Source of the DNA: Patescibacteria group bacterium
Lineage (GTDB): Bacteria > Patescibacteriota > Patescibacteriia > Patescibacteriales > GWC2-42-12
Reading direction: 5' to 3'
NCBI GenBank assembly: GCA_018827685.1
Contig: JAHJXD010000016.1
Location: 1 to 30,569 of the forward strand
Length of the DNA stretch: 30,569 bases
The position numbers and the translations under genes are program-made. Shown here one piece after another: positions 25,542 through 30,569 of the stretch. The number at the start of each line of letters is the position of its first letter. Within the stretch, counting starts at the first letter, position 1. The notes beneath the pieces are model-generated. The model did no database searches. It was not told the origin of the DNA and saw only the letters and a list, made by a program, of their open reading frames with translations.

Positions 25542-28500
25542 ATGTTAAATCCAATAAAAATCACCGATTTTGATGCCATTAAATTAAAATTAGCTTCACC
25601 TGAAGAAATTTTAAATTGGTCTCACGGTGAAGTTACTCGCCCTGAAACTATTAATTATCGTACTCAAAAATCGGAGAAAGATGGGTTATTTTGCGAACGT
25701 ATTTTTGGACCGTCAAAAGATTGGGAGTGTTATTGCGGCAAATACAAAAAAATCCGTTATAAAGGCATAATTTGCGATAAGTGCGGCGTGGAAATAACAA
25801 GAAGTTTAGTTAGGCGCGAGCGCATGGGTCATATTAAGCTTGAAGCGCCGGTAAGCCATATCTGGTTTCTTCGCGGCACTTCTTCAAAAATCGGTTTAAT
25901 TTTGGATTTACCCATGCAAGCCTTGGGAAAGGTGGTTTATTTCGCCAGCTTCATAATTTCTGATGTTAATGAAGATTTGTGCTTAGCCACTATTGAACAA
26001 ATCAAGCAGGAATATAAAAATAAAAGAAAATCTATTGAAACCGATTGGCAAAAGCAGGTTAATGAAACTAAAAATAAAAAAGGTAAATTATTAACCCAAG
26101 GTAAAAGCGATTTTGAAATTGAAAATTTTTTAAGCCAAGAAATTGAGACTTTGGAAAAAATAAAAACCAGCAAGCTTAATAATTTAGAGCAAGCCTTTGA
26201 TCAGGCGCAGAAAGAATTAAAAGATTTAAAGCCTTTAACTATAATTTCCGAAAATGTTTACCAAAACTTAAGCTTAAAATACGGGCATATTTTTACTGCC
26301 GATATTGGCGCTAGCGCTATTAGAAAACTTTTAGAAAAAATTGATTTGGATAAAATAATAGCTATCATAGATAAAGAACTTTTAATAGCGGTTGACTCAA
26401 AAAAAGATAAAATGATTAGACGTTTAAAGTTATTAAAAAGTTTAAGGGCCAATAATTTAAGGCCTGAATGGATGATTTTAAACATAGTGCCTGTCATACC
26501 GCCTGATTTAAGGCCAATGGTGCCACTGGATGGCGGACGATTTGCCACATCAGACTTAAATGATTTATATCGCCGGATTATTAATCGCAATAATCGTTTA
26601 AAACAACTAATTGAACTTAACGCGCCGGAAGTTATTTGTCGTAATGAAAAAAGAATGCTTCAGGAAGCGGTTGACGCTTTAATTGATAATTCCATCAGAC
26701 ACGGGAAAACAGTGGTGGCGTCTACTGGGCAGAAAAGAATGCTTAAATCATTGGCTGATTCATTAAAAGGCAAACAAGGCAGATTTAGGCAAAATTTATT
26801 GGGTAAAAGAATTGATTATTCAGGCAGAAGCGTTATTGTGGTCAACCCGAATTTGAATTTAGACCAATGCGGTTTGCCAAAACGGATGGCCTTAGAGTTA
26901 TTTAAACCTTTTATTATCAGCCAATTAATTAATAAAGAAATTGTCCATAATGTTAGAAGCGCTTCTCGCTATATTGAATCAGGCAAAGATGAGGTTTGGG
27001 ATATTCTTGAAGATATTGTTAACAAATCATATGTTATGTTAAATCGCGCTCCGACTTTGCATCGCTTAGGTATTCAGGCGTTTAAGCCGATTTTAATTGA
27101 AGGTTTAGCCATCCAGATTAATCCTTTAGTTTGCACGGCTTTTAACGCTGACTTTGACGGCGATCAAATGGCGGTTCATGTGCCTTTAACCCAGGAAGCG
27201 ATCGCCGAAGCCCGCGATATTATGCTGGCTAGCCATAATTTATTAAAGCCGGCTACTGGCGATCCAGTAGTAGCGCCAAATCAAGATATAGTTTGGGGAG
27301 CTTTTTATATCACCAGTATTGATCAGGCTTATTTGGATGCTGATGAAAAAAAATTGAAAAATTTTTATTCAGCCGAAGACGCGCAATTGTCTTATAGCAT
27401 GAAAAATATAAAATTGAAGCAAAAAATAAGGGTTATGATAAATGGCAAATTAATAATTACTACCGCAGGCAGAATTATTTTTAATGAAGTTTTGCCCTTG
27501 AAACTCCGCTTTGTCAATGAAGCAGTAGACAAGAGTAAGCTAAAAAATTTAGTTAAAGAATGTTTAAGACATTATGGCGAGCAACCCACGATTGATTTAT
27601 TGGATGATTTAAAGAAAACCAGCTTCAAATATATTACTAAGAGCGGATTGTCTTGGGGCATGGACGACATACCTCATCTTTATGAAAAAGATGAAATATT
27701 GGCTCAAGCTTCTGGGCAAGCAGAAGAAATCAGCGAGCAATATCGCGATGGGCTGTTAACTGATAGCGAGCGTTATAGCAAGGTTATTGAACTTTGGACC
27801 ACGATTAAAGAAAAGGTGATGGAAATTTGCCGCCGCCATTTGCCAAAATACGGACCGGTTTATTCCATGATTGAATCAGGCGCTCGCGGTTCTTGGGCTC
27901 AGCTTACTCAAATTTTAGGCATGAAAGGGTTAGTAATTTCACCTTCCGGAGATATTATTGAATTGCCGGTTAAGGGAAACTTTAAACAAGGTTTTAGCGT
28001 TTTGGAATATTTTATCGCCACGCACGGCGTGCGTAAAGGTTTATCTGACACAGCCCTTCGCACTTCCAACGCAGGTTATTTAACCAGGCGCTTAGTTGAT
28101 GTTTCTCAGGATATAATAGTGGTTAAAGATGATTGCGGAGACAAAGAAGGTTTATTAATTAGTAAGAAAGAAAGCCAAGCCATGGGCGAAAGTTTATTCA
28201 GGCGCATGACCGGCAGATTTTTAGCCGCTGATTTAAAAAATAAAACCGGCAAAATTTTAATTAAAGCCGGAGAATTAGTTACTGAAGAATTGGCGGAAAA
28301 AATTGCTAAAGAAAATATTGAAGAAGTTAAAATCAAGTCGATTTTAACTTGTAAAATACACCGCGGTATTTGCGCTAAATGCTATGGCTATGATTTAGCT
28401 TATAATAAAACGGTTAAAATCGGTACAGCCGTAGGCATTATCGCGGCTCAGTCAATCGGCGAGCCAGGAACGCAGCTTACTATGAGAACTTTTCATACAG

Positions 28501-29516
28501 GAGGCGTGGCCGGGCAAGAAGATATTACTCAAGGTTTGCCCAGGGTGGAAGAAATTTTTGAAGCGCGGCCGCCGAAAAAGAAAGCTTTTATCGCTGATGT
28601 TGCCGGCAAGGTTAAAATTGAAACAGCCCAAAGAACCATGGCTGGTGAAAACGGGGAAATAATTATTTCCAATCCGCAGTCGCAAATTTTAAGGGTATAT
28701 TATAAGGGAGAGGAAAGCGATAAATATTATTTTGCCGAAGCGGTTAAACAGGCTGTTATTGAAGATAAAGATAATAAAAAGAAAATAACCGGAGCCAAGC
28801 AATTTAATGGAATAAAAATATTGGTTAAAGACGGCGCTGAAGTTGTTAAGAATAGCGAGTTGTTTGTTGTTGGTAAAAAAGTTTTTAAAGCCAGAAAAGC
28901 AGGTGTGGTAAAATTAGATGAAAAATTAATTAAAGTTATTAGCGATGTGGAAAAGGTTAAGGAGTATATTGTGCCGAAAGGTTTTGGCATTTGGGTTAAA
29001 GACGGCGATGAAGTTAAGATCGGCGACCAATTAACCGAAGGTTCGCTTGACTTGCAACAGTTGTACCAACTGCGCGGCAAGTTAGAAGCGCAAAAATATA
29101 TTATTAAAGAAATTCAATATGTTTATTCATCTCAAGGCCAGCCGCTAAATGACAAACATATAGAAATAATCGCGCGCCAGATGTTCGCACGCGTTTATGT
29201 CAATGATGCTGGCGACACTGAATTACTGCCTGGAGAAATCGTGGAAAAAGCGATTTTTGACCAGACTAATGAAAAGGCTAAAATCGGCGATAAAAAACAG
29301 GCCAAAGCAGATCAGCTATTATTAGGCGTAACCAAATCATCTTTAACCACTAATAGTTTTTTATCAGCGGCTTCATTTCAGGAAACCGCCAGAGTTTTGA
29401 TTGAAGCGGCTGTTACAGGAAAAGTTGACCGCCTTGAAGGCTTGAAAGAAAATGTTATTATCGGCCGGCCAATTCCGGCAGGCACTGGTTATAGAGCGGT
29501 CCGCGAAAAAATTTAA
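25542..29516 (+). CDS. rpoC: DNA-directed RNA polymerase subunit beta'
   Basis: CYCGKY/CDKC Zn site, NRAPTLH, catalytic NADFDGD, GEPGTQLTMRTFH, GLKENVIIG. Confidence 0.99.
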   Translation: MLNPIKITDFDAIKLKLASPEEILNWSHGEVTRPETINYRTQKSEKDGLFCERIFGPSKDWECYCGKYKKIRYKGIICDKCGVEITRSLVRRERMGHIKLEAPVSHIWFLRGTSSKIGLILDLPMQALGKVVYFASFIISDVNEDLCLATIEQIKQEYKNKRKSIETDWQKQVNETKNKKGKLLTQGKSDFEIENFLSQEIETLEKIKTSKLNNLEQAFDQAQKELKDLKPLTIISENVYQNLSLKYGHIFTADIGASAIRKLLEKIDLDKIIAIIDKELLIAVDSKKDKMIRRLKLLKSLRANNLRPEWMILNIVPVIPPDLRPMVPLDGGRFATSDLNDLYRRIINRNNRLKQLIELNAPEVICRNEKRMLQEAVDALIDNSIRHGKTVVASTGQKRMLKSLADSLKGKQGRFRQNLLGKRIDYSGRSVIVVNPNLNLDQCGLPKRMALELFKPFIISQLINKEIVHNVRSASRYIESGKDEVWDILEDIVNKSYVMLNRAPTLHRLGIQAFKPILIEGLAIQINPLVCTAFNADFDGDQMAVHVPLTQEAIAEARDIMLASHNLLKPATGDPVVAPNQDIVWGAFYITSIDQAYLDADEKKLKNFYSAEDAQLSYSMKNIKLKQKIRVMINGKLIITTAGRIIFNEVLPLKLRFVNEAVDKSKLKNLVKECLRHYGEQPTIDLLDDLKKTSFKYITKSGLSWGMDDIPHLYEKDEILAQASGQAEEISEQYRDGLLTDSERYSKVIELWTTIKEKVMEICRRHLPKYGPVYSMIESGARGSWAQLTQILGMKGLVISPSGDIIELPVKGNFKQGFSVLEYFIATHGVRKGLSDTALRTSNAGYLTRRLVDVSQDIIVVKDDCGDKEGLLISKKESQAMGESLFRRMTGRFLAADLKNKTGKILIKAGELVTEELAEKIAKENIEEVKIKSILTCKIHRGICAKCYGYDLAYNKTVKIGTAVGIIAAQSIGEPGTQLTMRTFHTGGVAGQEDITQGLPRVEEIFEARPPKKKAFIADVAGKVKIETAQRTMAGENGEIIISNPQSQILRVYYKGEESDKYYFAEAVKQAVIEDKDNKKKITGAKQFNGIKILVKDGAEVVKNSELFVVGKKVFKARKAGVVKLDEKLIKVISDVEKVKEYIVPKGFGIWVKDGDEVKIGDQLTEGSLDLQQLYQLRGKLEAQKYIIKEIQYVYSSQGQPLNDKHIEIIARQMFARVYVNDAGDTELLPGEIVEKAIFDQTNEKAKIGDKKQAKADQLLLGVTKSSLTTNSFLSAASFQETARVLIEAAVTGKVDRLEGLKENVIIGRPIPAGTGYRAVREKI

Positions 29517-30569
29517 GGAGCCACTTCCCGCCATGAGGGCAGAGAGGACTGAACACCAATTAATTTGGAAGCAGAACAAGTATAATTGTCTGAGTCAGTA
29601 ACTGTTAAACTTGCCTGCTTAGAGCCAGTGGAAACAAATTGGACAATAAGACTGGACGAACTAGAATTTGCCGGATTGCCGTTTTGAAAAGTCCATGACC
29701 AAGAAGGCTCGCCAGCTCCGTCGTACACAACCGACTCTTGCTTGAAAGATATGTTTTCATTCAGAGACGGATTAGCAGGAAACCAGGTAAAATCTACTGT
29801 TGGATACTGATGCTTTTCAGTAGTAAATTCCTGGCCATCAATCCAATCTGATTCATTTGATTGAGAATCCCAAACTTTTAGCCGCCAATTATAAGTTGTA
29901 TTGTAAGAAAGATTAGCAGGAGCATAAACGTTGGAAGAATTATTTTCACAGGTTCCAGGAGAGGGAAGACAACTGTCTTTTTCCGGCGAAGAAAAATCAG
30001 AATTATTATCTACTTGAACTTGATAAGCAGACTGATCAGAAAAAGTCCAAGAAAGAAAAATCGGAGGATAAGACTTCTTGCAATAATTTTCTTGGCTGAC
30101 AGAAAGATCAGCAGCCAAGATTTTTTTCGTTGTAAAACTCCAAGTCTGACCGGCAACCGGTTCATGTCCAGAGTCAGATCTAGTAATAAAAACCCACAAA
30201 GGACCAATAGCTTGATCGCCAGGTACTGGCGGCGGAGGAGCAGAATTTACTTGTATTGTTTTTACTGCTGTTGAACTCGCGTTTTCAGTGTCTTTTACCT
30301 CTAATTTAACATTATAATAAGCTGGCGATGAATATTGATGAGTAGAGGTTTTACCAGATGTCCAATCAGTCCAAGTTCCGTCGCTCTGCCAATCCCATCT
30401 TATTTGAAGCTGATCCAAAGAATCTTCCGCGTCAAAAGAACCAGTCGCGTCAAAATTAAAAACAGTGCTAGTGGCTCCTGAACAAGGGTTAACAGTGAAA
30501 GAAGCTACGGGAGTACCTCCTGATACAGTTGTAAAATCCCAAGTTTCGCTGATAGCTTCATGTGCTTCA
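29513..30569 (-). CDS. PKD/FN3-domain surface protein, 5' end outside the window
   Basis: The frame stays open to the window edge (...PVASFTVNPCSGATSTVFNFDATGS...). PKD-like repeats (WDWQSDG...THQYSS, WSWTFQNGNP) and an FN3-like YNTTYNWRLKVWDS segment. Confidence 0.85.
   Translation of the reverse strand, partial: EAHEAISETWDFTTVSGGTPVASFTVNPCSGATSTVFNFDATGSFDAEDSLDQLQIRWDWQSDGTWTDWTSGKTSTHQYSSPAYYNVKLEVKDTENASSTAVKTIQVNSAPPPPVPGDQAIGPLWVFITRSDSGHEPVAGQTWSFTTKKILAADLSVSQENYCKKSYPPIFLSWTFSDQSAYQVQVDNNSDFSSPEKDSCLPSPGTCENNSSNVYAPANLSYNTTYNWRLKVWDSQSNESDWIDGQEFTTEKHQYPTVDFTWFPANPSLNENISFKQESVVYDGAGEPSWSWTFQNGNPANSSSSSLIVQFVSTGSKQASLTVTDSDNYTCSASKLIGVQSSLPSWREVAP

Noticed and set aside
25980-26230. 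Coiled-coil insertion in RpoC and barrel-type insertions in RpoB/RpoC as inteins or novel domains
   Set aside because: No intein terminal motifs. They sit where lineage-specific RNA polymerase insertions are known.
383-30274. Short (60-120 aa) ORFs overlapping or antisense to larger genes, e.g. 8443-8715, 26258-26590, 28727-29080, 30014-30274
   Set aside because: They shadow well-supported genes and have no recognisable motifs.
1-30569. Alternative genetic code (TGA = Gly, as in some CPR lineages)
   Set aside because: All core genes are full length in the standard code, and TGA ends abiEi and abiEii at plausible positions.

Overview
A 30.6 kb AT-rich bacterial segment in the standard genetic code, nearly all on the + strand. 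Gene content, the lineage-type inserts in RpoB/RpoC, alpha2-type GlyRS, FemAB plus MurE and the lack of Shine-Dalgarno motifs suggest Patescibacteria/CPR (Parcubacteria-like); this assignment is inference. The core backbone is nrdR-nrdD-nrdG, a thioredoxin-like protein, rpsA-glyQS-ftsH, a membrane protein, ruvA, femAB-murE and rpoB-rpoC, ending in a convergent, 5'-truncated PKD-domain gene. Accessory genes lie between these: an AAA/DUF4143 ATPase, an HNH restriction-modification pair, a frameshifted orphan and an AbiEi/AbiEii toxin-antitoxin pair. Two observations stand out. (1) The class III ribonucleotide reductase is split: the 687-aa NrdD stops after its Zn box, and its glycyl-radical motif (RVTGYL) is on a separate 46-aa ORF (3028-3168) missing from the supplied ORF track. 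(2) Many intergenic gaps hold modular inverted-repeat-bounded elements of at least four end types. For one family, a left half and a right half break at the same TATGAAA core, which gives a start codon to one accessory gene and a stop codon to another. No transposase, integrase, tRNA, rRNA or CRISPR array was seen. All alignments were done by eye.
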